Assembly (NCBI RefSeq): GCF_001194135.2
Contig: NC_068984.1
Span: 122,404,078 to 122,449,514, forward strand
Direction: 5' to 3'
Length of the DNA stretch: 45,437 nt
From: Octopus bimaculoides
Lineage: Eukaryota
Every line of letters starts with the position of its first letter. The first letter of the stretch is position 1. The notes below the pieces were generated by a model, which searched no databases, was not told where the DNA came from, and saw nothing but the letters and a program-made list of their open reading frames with translations. A program made the translations under genes and the position numbers. Of this stretch, positions 1 to 11,315 are shown piece by piece.

Positions 1-45
<45 letters not shown>

Positions 46-194
46 AACAAACATACATACATACATACATACTTACATACATATAAAGCGTCTTCGGACT
101 ATTCAACAGCTTGCATAAAAGGAAAATAAAACAAGCGTAAAGTAGTTTCAAAAAGCAAACAACATCAACTAGATTATGGCTGAGAGATAACCCT

Positions 195-1234
195 TTACTC
201 AAAGTAGCTGCCATCAGCTTCCGTCACTGCTTCAAGACGGCTTTGGAATCTGACCTATGCCTTCCTCCCTGTGTCCTTGGTGAGATCATCGAACACCTTC
301 TTGATCTTCGCCACCTGCTCGGCCCTGGTGTCGAAGCTCGAGCAGTTGGTGTCTTTCTCAACCGTGCCCCACACATAGTAACCCTGGAGATCACAATCGT
401 GGGAATTAGGAGGCCAGAAATTGGGGCTGTAGAAGTCGTAGAAATTCTCCGACAACCACTTCTGACTCTTTCCGGAGGCATGGCAAGGAGCCGAATCCTG
501 CTGTCACAGATAGGGCCTTCTGACAGCAACCTTCTCCAGCCAGGTATTTATCACAGTCGCCAGCAGCCTTGTACAGCCATCTGAATTGAGCCTAAGGCCT
601 TGTTCAAAGATGTGGGCAACATGATATCACCCACACTGGGGACACACCCAAAGACCACCACTGTTTTCACGATACGTGAGGCATCACATGGATTGTAGGC
701 AAGCCAACTATTGTTTTGGGTGTTGTGCAACAGGTCCTGGCAGAAGTTCTTTTCATCTGAGACGAACCAGATCATCCCCAGCTCAGCAGGATACCTCGGC
801 TTGTTCAGGAGCTTCTTTACCCTCTTTGCTCTCTGTGTCTTCATCTCCTTGGCCTGGACTGCCAGAATTTGTCACTAGTGCCTCTTGTATGGGTGGTTGC
901 GAAGGATCTCATGCCAGGCCAACTTCATGGTGACGACTCCAACACCCATCTCTCTCGCCAAAGCCGGATTCCTTTACTTGGATCTTCCATCACTTTGCCC
1001 CGTAGTTGTTGGATGAATTACGGCGTGCGGACGCAGTCAGAACGCCTGCTGTGTACCTTCCTGCTGGCCACAACCTTGTAGTCTCCGTTGCGGCCGTCCA
1101 TGTCACGTCTTACAGCCCTTACAGTGTTCAGATTATTGAGCAGCAGTCTTTGTGTCGGCATTTTGATACCCGGGGTGAATCATCAAGATATAAGTAACAC
1201 TTTCCCAATATTTCGATGGCTTCCAATCCTCCAT
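195..1234 (-). pseudogene. Tc1/mariner DD37D (maT-type) transposase pseudogene with several stops and frameshifts
   Basis: Minus-strand translation gives RKVHSRRSDCVRTP, WFVSDEKNF, QQDSAPCH and WPPNSHDCDLQGYYVWG, and ends RFQSRLEAVTEADGSYFE* (stop 195-197). There are 37 residues between the second D and the expected third D position, which is now G (GGT). No intact TIRs seen. Confidence 0.9.
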
Positions 1235-1365
1235 GTCAGCTAGTTTTTTTCTCAATTACAACTTTAATCTTTATGCTCTCCAACGCCGTCTTCTGTACAC
1301 CAATAGATCAAAATGTTTCTGGAAAAAATAAACAACATCGTCAAATTCAACCCGAACACGCGCGT

Positions 1366-1407
<42 letters not shown>

Positions 1408-1410
1408 CTG

Positions 1411-1800
1411 TCTTTTACCTTTTTTTTTGCTTCAGTCATTAGACGGCGGCTATGCTGGGGCACCGCCTTCAAAAATTTTAGTTGAACTTGTGTACTCCAG
1501 TACTTATTTTTTAAAGCCTGATGCTTATTGTATGGGTCACTTTTACCGAAAGGCTAAGTTATGGGGACACAAACACACCAACACCAGTTGTCAAGCGGTG
1601 GGCGATGACAAACATAGGCACAAAGGCACACACATATATACGACGGGCTTCTTTCAGTTTTCATCAACCAAATCCACTTACAAGGCTTTGGTCAGCCCGA
1701 GTCTATAGTAGAAATTCGCCCAAGGTGTCACGCAGTGGGACTGAACCCGGAACCATGTAATTGGGAAGCAAACTTCTCACCACTTAGCCACGCCTGTGCC
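1411..1800 (-). mobile_element. SINE family A (tRNA-derived, internal microsatellite), full length
   Basis: Minus strand starts GGCACAGGCGTGGCTAAGTGGTGAGAAGTTTGCTTCCC...GGTTCAGTCCC (A/B-box-like). Collinear with the copy at 38924-39310. Confidence 0.85.
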
Positions 1801-2119
1801 TATACACACACACGCACGCACACACAAACACACACACGCACACACACAGACACACAGAGTCACAAATACACTCTGTCATAAACATATACGTACCGTTACA
1901 AAGGTAACGCATGCGCTCACACATGCCCATACACACACGCGCGTGCGCGCACACACATGCACACAATCCCGGGCAAGAGGCAAACAAACGGAGACACAGT
2001 AATACTATCTACACCCACATAACCACAGAAATATGTTCAGTCTGTGACGTGAACATTTCAGAAAGAAATCACGACTGAGGGACGTCGGTTGTGTTAGTAA
2101 CACTCTCCCACCCTAAGCC

Positions 2120-2553
2120 ACTGTATCTAATTGACCCCTCCAACCTGATTACCATCACCACCACCACCACCACCACTACCGCCAGCACGATCATGATGAT
2201 CATAATTATCATCATCATCATCGTCGTCGTCGTCGCCGTCGTGATCACTAGCAATCGCACCATCACTACCACAGCCACCACCTGCAGCACCATCATCGTC
2301 ACCACTACCATCACATTACCACAACCCCCCCCCACCACCACCAACCACCACTACGACTGTCCTCATCACCAGTATCACTGTCGCCACCATCGCTACCCAC
2401 ACCACCATTATCATCATCATCATCTACCAACACAACTTGCGTCCTCACCACCACTGTCACCACCATCAACATCAGCGCCGCCGCCACTACCACTACCACT
2501 ACCACCACCAACACCACCACCACCACCATCACCACCGTCATCAACTTCATCAT

Positions 2554-2584
<31 letters not shown>

Positions 2585-2600
2585 CACCCCGCCTTCTTTG
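2120..2600. repeat. Compound trinucleotide low-complexity tract (CAC/CAT/CAA)n
   Basis: Directly visible; explains the overlapping Thr/His/Pro-rich ORFs. Confidence 0.9.
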
Positions 2601-2900
2601 GTGGTATTTTTCGGTGAAATGTTAGCCTAATTGTTGACTGAAGTCAGTTATGTGAATAACTTTCTCCCTCATAGTTCAACATACCCGCACATATTTACAC
2701 ATACAAACACATACACGCACACATTCACACACATACACGTATATAGTTATATACTCACAGCCATATAGATACTTATATATACTTACACTCATGTATATTA
2801 TAAACACATACATAGATACATATGCATATAACTGCATACACACGTGCATATTTATGTACACACCCATACAGGTACTCACATATACTCACACACACATATA

Positions 2901-3223
2901 CGAGGCGGTATCAAAAGGTTCCCGGACTTGTTATGCTTAATAAGAAAAAAAAACTTATTTACCTAAGTTTTGACATTATCTTCTTCGAAATAGTCACCTT
3001 GCGCAGCAATACACCGGTCCCAGCGTTCCTGCCACGTTTGGAATCTGGCCTGTAAGTCGTCTGCCGTAAGCGCGTCGAGGACCTTCTGCGATTCGTTCTT
3101 GATCTCGACAACATTGTTTTTAACAACGTTGTCGAGGTAGATTGGAGTCTACAGGTGCTAAATCTGGCGAGTAGGGTGAGTACAGAAGCGATACCATGTT
3201 GCTTTTGGCAAGAATTTCACGAG
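2901..3223 (-). mobile_element. Mariner (DD34D) 3' end remnant with right TIR
   Basis: TA followed by CGAGGCGGTATCAAAAGGTTCCCGGAC (mariner-type TIR). Minus-strand translation includes EFLAK and YSPYSPDLAPVD. Confidence 0.8.
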
Positions 3224-3290
3224 TAGGCTGTTCCGTTGATCGGATCAACTGGAACCCTCGACGTCATAAGTGACGGAGTGCCAAGAACAA
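3213..3290 (+). mobile_element. SINE family B, 3' tail only
   Basis: AATTTCACGAGTAGGCTGTTCCGTTGATCGGATCAACTGGAACCCTCGACGTC...GGAGTGCCAA matches the tail of the 22133-22527 copy. Confidence 0.9.
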
Positions 3291-3621
3291 GCAGCAATAA
3301 CTGTACTTGAAATTAAAATTCAAATAAATCTATACAGAGAATGGCAAACCAATGGATATTAAAATAAAATAATTTTTATAATATAGGGACATAAGTATAA
3401 TTATTTATGCACAGCGCAATGTAAATTTAAATATGGTAAAGCCTTACCGTAGTTAATGGAAATGTAAACACGTTCATTCTATACTACTGCTGTACAAGAA
3501 AAGGGAGGGAGTCTCCTTTCTAATGATTGACTGCTTTATACCGGTTGAGCGTCCATCACCAATGAGACCAAGGAAGGTCGAAATCATGTGATCTGGTGGT
3601 CTCGGCGCTGGAGTTAGTGGG

Positions 3622-3800
3622 GATTTATCTCCTCGCTAGCGATATAACAAGCGTGCATTTTGCACCAAAGGCCAATATGAGAGTTTCTCTCATGGTATCT
3701 ACCGCAGTATAGTTTGTTCTAACTGAACATCTACGTTTAAGTGGGAATAAATATTACCTCTCGGTATTAATACTGCCACTGTCACTAATATATATTTATC
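3622..3800 (+). repeat. Unclassified dispersed repeat F, copy 1
   Basis: Shares GGATTTATCTCC, GCCAATATGAGAGTTT, TACCGCAGTATAGTTTGTTCTAAC and TCTCGGTATTAATACTG in the same order with 31461-31640. Confidence 0.8.
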
Positions 3801-4228
3801 TAAGTTCTTGATTGGAGAAAGAAGATGCGTACGCCTTCTCTGATCAGAACGATCAACAAACTGTGAAACGATCCGTCAAGAGGCTCCCACCTAATAATTT
3901 CCTCATAGCCTCTTGGATTTCTTTGAAACCAGTGACGATCTGTGCCGATAAAAAATGTAAAGCTCAGTGGAATAGGAAAATTTATTTGCTGCGAGGAGGG
4001 TAGAATATAAGGTTCTGTCGCTCTTGCTGTTTCTGTCTGTGAGTGAGGAAATGAAGGCATACTGAAGTTGAGGGATCAATTTGGCAGGAAGACGGTTGAC
4101 TATGCACGAGTGATGGTGTGAGAGGCCGACGAGGAAAGCCTCGAAGTGAAGAAGAGAAAGGCCTGAAAGTTGGAGAGTAAGGTAGACATGTACAGCATTT
4201 GATACAATACAATTATTTGAAAACTGTT

Positions 4229-4348
4229 CTGAGAGATATATCTCAGATGGCAGTAGTGAAGTGGTTCACTGAGAGATATATCTCAGATGACAGTAGTGAA
4301 GTGGTTCACTGAGAGATATATGTCAGATGACAGTAGTGAAGTGGTTCA
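4229..4348. repeat. Minisatellite, 3 x 40 bp
   Basis: Unit CTGAGAGATATATCTCAGATGACAGTAGTGAAGTGGTTCA repeated three times with one substitution between adjacent copies. Confidence 0.95.
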
Positions 4349-5659
4349 GAAGAATACTCAAAAACCGCAAAATATATATAGTTACAGCGAATAAATTATT
4401 GTGGAAATGGACAAAGGTGGCCAGGCAGTTTAAAAACACCATCTCAAAGAATCACACGTAGATACAGTTACGATAATATATTAAAGATCAGACACAAGGC
4501 AGCAGGAAGTGGGTGGGGAACATGTAGAGAAATACACAGCTGCTTATACATATACATGAAAGCGTTCATATATATATATATATANNNNNNNNNNNNNNNN
4601 NNNNNNNNNNNNNNNNNNNNNNNNNNNNNNNNNNNNNNNNNNNNNNNNNNNNNNNNNNNNNNNNNNNNNNNNNNNNNNNNNNNNNNNNNNNNNNNNNNNN
4701 NNNNNNNNNNNNNNNNNNNNNNNNNNNNNNNNNNNNNNNNNNNNNNNNNNNNNNNNNNNNNNNNNNNNNNNNNNNNNNNNNNNNNNNNNNNNNNNNNNNN
4801 NNNNNNNNNNNNNNNNNNNNNNNNNNNNNNNNNNNNNNNNNNNNNNNNNNNNNNNNNNNNNNNNNNNNNNNNNNNNNNNNNNNNNNNNNNNNNNNNNNNN
4901 NNNNNNNNNNNNNNNNNNNNNNNNNNNNNNNNNNNNNNNNNNNNNNNNNNNNNNNNNNNNNNNNNNNNNNNNNNNNNNNNNNNNNNNNNNNNNNNNNNNT
5001 ATAAGCATTAATATATACCCATACATTCACTTCAAAACATTAAAAGATTGGAGACAGGAGATGGGTATGTCTTCTACGAGGAGCGAAAATAAATATAATT
5101 TTAATTTAAGAACACCAAAGCTATGACATACTTTCGTTGTAACCCATACGTCCACTTCTAACCATTAAAAGACCAAGTAACACGCTGTACACCTGTGTAC
5201 CTCTCCATATTATCATCAATTTTGAGAAGCCCATTCGAGACTACTGACTTCCAACCGAGTTACAACTTATTTATCGTTTATTTTTATTACATTACAGTTA
5301 ACAGTAGCGTCGTCGGTTTCTTGTTTCAAACGGGTTAATCGCTATTAGACGGTATTTGCAACAATGAGAGTGACAAGAAGCATTTACAATGGTGAAAATG
5401 TGTGTCTGGTCTGTCTCATTACAAACCAAATACTATATATGATATATTTGTTTGAAAACACTAGTTTTCCGATTTTCTCGTAGTTATACACTCAGCTGGA
5501 AGACCCATGTATAATTTGTATAACGACGCAACTACACGCGAGCACACACGGCCAAGTCGGTGGCCTTTCCCTTGAATAAACATCGATGGCGTGGAAAGGG
5601 GCAGAATTGTATAAAAGGCCAACTACTAAGCTTATCTTTTATTCATTACTTGTTTCACT

Positions 5660-5833
5660 TATTGAACTGCAGCCGTGCTGTGGCACAACTGTGAAGGGCT
5701 TTAGTTTAATTAACCCCAGTACTAATTTTTTAAAGCTTGGTACGTCTTATCGGTTTCTTTTGCGGAACTGCTAAATTATGGGGATGTAAACAAACCATAA
5801 CCGGTTATTAAGCGGTTGTGGGGGACAAAACTC

Positions 5834-5890
<57 letters not shown>

Positions 5891-6108
5891 NNNNNNNNNN
5901 NNNNNNNNNNNNNNNNNNNNNNNNNNNNNNNNNNNNNNNNNNNNNNNNNNNNNNNNNNNNNNNNNNNNNNNNNNNNNNNNNNNNNNNNNNNNNNNNNNNN
6001 NNNNNNNNNNNNNNNNNNNNNNNNNNNNNNNNNNNNNNNNNNNNNNNNNNNNNNNNNNNNNNNNNNNNNNNNNNNNNNNNNNNNNNNNNNNNNNNNNNNN
6101 NNNNNNNN

Positions 6109-6178
<70 letters not shown>

Positions 6179-6305
6179 TATGGAGAGGGAGGGAGAGAAA
6201 GAGATAAGTAGATAGATAGACAGACAGAGATAGACAGACAGACGGACAAACAGATAGATAGATAGATATACGACGGACTTCTTTCAGCTCCCATCTACCA
6301 AATTA
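5660..6305 (-). mobile_element. SINE family A, degenerate, with expanded internal microsatellite spanning a gap
   Basis: Tail similarity at 5660-5835. Head-side fragment TACGACGGACTTCTTTCAG at 6268-6305. (CA)n, an N gap and (TA)n(GA)n(TAGA)n lie between. Confidence 0.65.
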
Positions 6306-6794
6306 TGGATGATGTATTGGATGACGAAGGCGAAAGGTTTTCTTTTGAATGAAATTTACCTCTCGTAGAAAGAAAACGAAAACCAATGTGACACCTGTTT
6401 GAGACTGAAAGGAAAACGGAAGTAATTTCAATAAATTCAGAATGAATTAGGCAAAATTAAATTTTCATGATCAGGTAAAAATCTTATCTTTGCCAGCAGA
6501 CAAGATGATAGCACGGGTTTAGTAAAACTCGAACCCGCTTGGTCTGTCAACAAAAGAGCTTACACCAAGCGAAAGACTTAAGGATTTATATACAGTAGTA
6601 ATTTGCAAAATTAAAAAGAAAACGATTTAAGATAAATAACTGAAAAGGAATAATGGCATGAATTTAAATTAAAATGTTCAGGATGATGTACTCGATGATG
6701 TGTGTAAAAAATTTTCTATTAATTGAAATTTCCCCGTCAGTTGGAGAAAGAAAACAAAAACTAGACATAACTAGTTTAGTGGACTCTCCTATAG

Positions 6795-6908
6795 TGTTCA
6801 TCTATTTTCTTTCCTTCATCTGCAACTCCTGATGGAGTCACAGAGCACAGTTCTGTTATACAACGTATCCAGGACATTTTAAGTTTGGCAGAATCCAGCC
6901 CTTTTCAG
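6795..6908 (+). CDS. Possible internal exon of an unidentified host gene (CSSIFFPSSATPDGVTEHSSVIQRIQDILSLAESSPFQ)
   Basis: CTCTCCTATAG acceptor, 114-bp open frame (phase 0-0) and CAG|GTTTGA donor in non-repetitive DNA. No recognised homology. Confidence 0.25.
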
Positions 6909-6960
6909 GTTTGAATACTACCAGTTTCTTCTAGAAGAAAAGAGAAAGTAAGAACGAGAA

Positions 6961-7110
6961 AATAAGGATTGCTCCCCAGTACCAGATGTGGGGGGTCGAC
7001 CAGGAAATGATGAAAAGTTGACCTCGGCGAGATTTGAACTCAGAATGCAGAAAGTCGAGTCAAAACATAATCCACGGCTCTCTAACGCTTCAGCCAATTT
7101 GCCACCTGGT
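6961..7110 (-). mobile_element. SINE family D, degenerate
   Basis: GTTGACCTCGGCGAGATTTGAACTCAGAA and the head remnant match family D. Confidence 0.7.
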
Positions 7111-7849
7111 GGCCGAGGAATCATCTAATTACTTCTTAATCGAAGCCATCAACGACAGTCTACTTTGTGTATGACATTCGAATTCTAAGGCACTTGAAAT
7201 GTGCTAACTAGTCGGAGTTTTGATTGTTCTCCTTAACTATCCCTGACTGCATACATGCTTCATTCTAATCCTTCTGAAGCACATAAGCTGATAAAGGACA
7301 CTTATCCTCTTAGGCATGCATCTTCACTTCCCTTACAACTAAATCCCATTGCACCAAATCTTCCGAATCGCACGCATTTGTACTGTTGCAGTACAGCTCA
7401 ACACCTGGCAAAACTCATTCACCTCTACGATTTAGGCAGTTTTCCACATCGATTCAACTCTTGCAAGACTACCTTCGTATAATAAAATTACTTTCATTCA
7501 TCACACTGCCTGCATACTACTTTCCCGCTTTTTAACTTGCTGTCAGTACCTTTGGTCTCTTGCCAAAAAGATATATACTAACTTTGTCGAATACCCCAGT
7601 CCACCTCTCCTTGTCCAAAAGACTAAGCAAACAGCACTTCTGTGTAGAAAGCTTCCACATTTGCTACCCACTCAACTTCCAACCACAATATACACATCCG
7701 CCAAGACTCTCACTAAACATTTTTTTCCACCATACCAGTCTCTATAGAGTGGTACATACGACATAGCTGTAACTAGCTAGTACGGAGTGGTGCGTAATTC
7801 ACTCTACAGACTAAGTAGTACACACTACCTAGATGAAACTAGGTATTAT

Positions 7850-8150
7850 AAAGAAGATCACGGTCACTGCTGGAGGTTGTAGCAAAGCACCGATTCCGCC
7901 TGGCTGGTCACATTCCGTTTAGCCGATAAACGACAGTCCAAAACAGCCACATTTGCAGGCATAAGAGGGGTAGGCCAATAAACGGTAGTCGAAAACAGCC
8001 GTGGCGGCAGACATAAGATGGGTTAGCCGATGACTCGGCGGTGGACATTTCAAGATGAACTGAAGACCGTCAACATTACGTGGAATGGATGTACAGGAGT
8101 AGCAGTTCACCAAACCTGACGGAGGAAGCTTACTGAGTAAGAAGAACTTA
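7850..8150 (+). mobile_element. RTE-clade LINE, ORF C-terminal remnant
   Basis: Frameshifted translation RFRLAGHI..RL, RGRP, RWTFQDELKTVNITW and RRKLT is typical of RTE C-termini. Confidence 0.7.
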
Positions 8151-8204
8151 AAACTAAAAAAGAAAGTAGAACATATACTGCAAACACGCATCACAGATTG
8201 GAAT

Positions 8205-8528
8205 ATACTACGCAGTTGTAACGAGGTACGTTACGAATGACCATGGGATTGCACCTAGAAAGTTCCCCTCCGAGGCACAAGTCCAGACAAGGTTGTTTGT
8301 AGAAGACCAGCAGTCACCCATGCATACAGCCTCCCCTCTCCACTCCACCGATGTTATCCAAGGGAAAGGCAAAGGCTGATACAGACATCGCAACTCATTT
8401 CTACAGCTGAGTGAACTGGAGCAACGTGAAATAAAATATCAAGAACGTAACATACATCCCGGTCTGAGAATCGAACTCACTACCTTATGATTATGATACC
8501 GACGCTCTAACCACTGAGCTATGCGCCG
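8205..8528 (-). mobile_element. SINE family C (tRNA head, CORE-like central domain)
   Basis: Head GGCGCATAGCTCAGTGGTTAGAGCG...GAGTTCGATTC. Central TTTCACGTTGCTCCAGTTCACTCAGCTGTAGAAATGAG resembles the CORE domain. Collinear with 40910-41230. Confidence 0.8.
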
Positions 8529-8847
8529 TCACGCACACGCACGCACATACCTGTATATGTATATATATGCGCGTGTGTGTATATATATCAAGAGAGAGGG
8601 AGAGGGAAGGAGGGAGGGAGGGAAGGAGGTAAGGAGAGGGAGGTTGGGGAAGGAGATAGATTCAAACATATACACGCACACTAATTGCTGAATGTATAGA
8701 TTGAATCAATGTATTTATGTTTGTATGGTAGCCGAAGCTTTGTCGAAACTTCACCTCGAAGTGGAGACGATAGGTAGCTTATGACGTCAAAATGATGATG
8801 ATAATGAGAAAAAGAAGATGATGATGATGATGAAGAAGAAGAAGAAG

Positions 8848-8879
<32 letters not shown>

Positions 8880-8968
8880 GAAGAAGAAGATGATGATGAT
8901 GATGATGATGATGATGTTGTTAGACGGAAGCCTAATCTAACAGGTCATAGTATTCCTTTTATTTTGTT

Positions 8969-9029
<61 letters not shown>

Positions 9030-9668
9030 TGTATGAATTTATACATCTGATACATGCTTAGAGTGGCGTGGTGGATTACAGGATATAAAAGTTTTCTTTG
9101 TTGTAAATATCACATTTCTGCAACTCATTAATGAATTGACTGGCTTGGTCTAAAATCAACTATTTGAAGATAAAATAGGTAGATTGATTGATAGAAAGAT
9201 AGATAAAGAAGGAAATAAGTATAGATGGATAAATATATAGACATGTATTTTCTTTGATTATCAAAGATATCAAGTTACAAGCATGTTTTTTTTTTTACAA
9301 GATGGCGTTCTCGTTTATAAAGCGGTGTATAATTTACTAGATTGGGAAAGAAGTAAAAGAAAAAATACAAGTGGATCTTAAAACAAAAGGTAGACAATAA
9401 ACTGCCCATAAATATTGATATATCAGATTAGGCAGACGATCAAAAAACATAATGTTCTTGCTCTAAGCTGCTTTCAAAACATTCCCGAATGAAATAAATA
9501 AATGAAATAAAATGGGGTATGAAGCAGTAGAGATATGTTAGATGCCAATAACAAGGAGCATGGACAAACAAACACACAGACACACACACGCAAATATATA
9601 TACAATGTACATAAGCATACATACATACATACATACATACATACATACATACATACGCACATACATAC

Positions 9669-9832
9669 TGTTGTGTCGACGCCCCCAGACGAAGAAGTAG
9701 GATCTCCCAAGACATATAAATAGAGGTAGTCTGGCCGTGGTAGGTGTATTGAGTAGCAGTGGAGTAGCAGTTGTGTAGCGGTTGAGTAGAGATCATCCGA
9801 AGGTTCTAGATAGCAGTAGCTGAGACATAACA
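9669..9832 (+). mobile_element. Very short solo LTR-like element (164 bp)
   Basis: TGTTGTGTC...GACATAACA termini (imperfect inverted ends), CATAC/CATAC 5-bp flanks and a TATA-like CATATAAATAG. Related to 23152-23266. Confidence 0.7.
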
Positions 9833-9851
9833 CATACATACATACATATAT

Positions 9852-10244
9852 TTATTGGCACTCCGTCGCTTACGACGTCGAGGGTTCCAGTTGATCCGAT
9901 CAATGGAACAGCCTGCTCGTGAAATTAACGTGCAAGTGGTTGAGCACTCCACAGACACGTGTAGCCTTAACGTAGTTCTCGGGGATATTCAGCGTGACAC
10001 ATTGTGACACATTGTGACAAGGCTGACCCTTTGAATTACAGGTACAACAGAAACAGGAAGTAGGAGTGAGAGAAAGTTGTGGTGGAAGAGTACAGCAGGG
10101 TTCGCCACCATCCCCTGCCGGAGCCTCGTGGCGCTTTAGGTGTTTTTGCTCAATGAACACTCACAACGCCCGGTCTGGGAATCGAAACCGCGATCCTATG
10201 ACCGCGAGTCCGCTGCCCTAACCACTGGGCCATTGCGCCTCCAC
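9852..10244 (-). mobile_element. SINE family B, full length
   Basis: A box TGGCCCAGTGG and B box GGTTTCGATTCC on the minus strand. Near-identical to 22133-22527. Confidence 0.92.
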
Positions 10245-10850
10245 TACATACATACATACATACATACATACATACATACATACATACATGCATACATACA
10301 TAAATACACACATGCATACATACATACATACATACATACAGACAGACATACGTACGTACATACATACATACATGCATACATACATACATTCATAAACGTA
10401 GATGTATATTTGTTGTATTCTGAGCAAAGCTTACAGAAACAAATTTAAGTACTCAATACTTGAAGAAGTAGAGAGTTATGTGTGTGTACGTGTCTATGTG
10501 CGTGCGTTGCGTGCGTGTGTGATGTGTGCGTGCATATGTCTGTATACGTGTGTGTATGCATGTATGTATGTGTATGTGTGCACCTGAGTGTATATGTGGA
10601 GAGAGAGTGAGATAGAGATAGAGCGAGAGACAGACAGACAGATAGACAGATAGAGAGAAAGAGAAAGAGAGAGAGAGATAAATAGACGATTTTACTCCGG
10701 CAATTACCCACGATTCATCAAGAATCTGATATTTTATGACTTAACAAAATAAGAGATATCAGATTCATCGTAAATCATACAGAATTACCGGTGTAACCTC
10801 TTCTATTTATCTATCCGTCCGTCCATCAATCCATCTCCCTATCAGTTTGT

Positions 10851-10929
<79 letters not shown>

Positions 10930-11315
10930 AACATAGTNNNNNNNNNNNNNNNNNNNNNNNNNNNNNNNNNNNNNNNNNNNNNNNNNNNNNNNNNNNNNNN
11001 NNNNNNNNNNNNNNNNNNNNNNNNNNNNNNNNNNNNNNNNNNNNNNNNNNNNNNNNNNNNNNNNNNNNNNNNNNNNNNNNNNNNNNNNNNNNNNNNNNNN
11101 NNNNNNNNNNNNNNNNNNNNNNNNNNNNNNNNNNNNNNNNNNNNNNNNNNNNNNNNNNNNNNNNNNNNNNNNNNNNNNNNNNNNNNNNNNNNNNNNNNNN
11201 NNNNNNNNNNNNNNNNNNNNNNNNNNNNNNNNNNNNNNNNNNNNNNNNNNNNNNNNNNNNNNNNNNNNNNNNNNNNNNNNNNNNNNNNNNNNNNNNNNNN
11301 NNNNNNNNNNNNNNG

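Noticed and set aside
3800-4200. Short ORFs in unique-looking GA-rich DNA
   Set aside because: No recognisable motif or splice structure; probably an old TE remnant that I cannot classify.
7255-7770. Two 68-75 aa plus-strand ORFs
   Set aside because: No motif recognised on either strand; not supportable as gene or TE.
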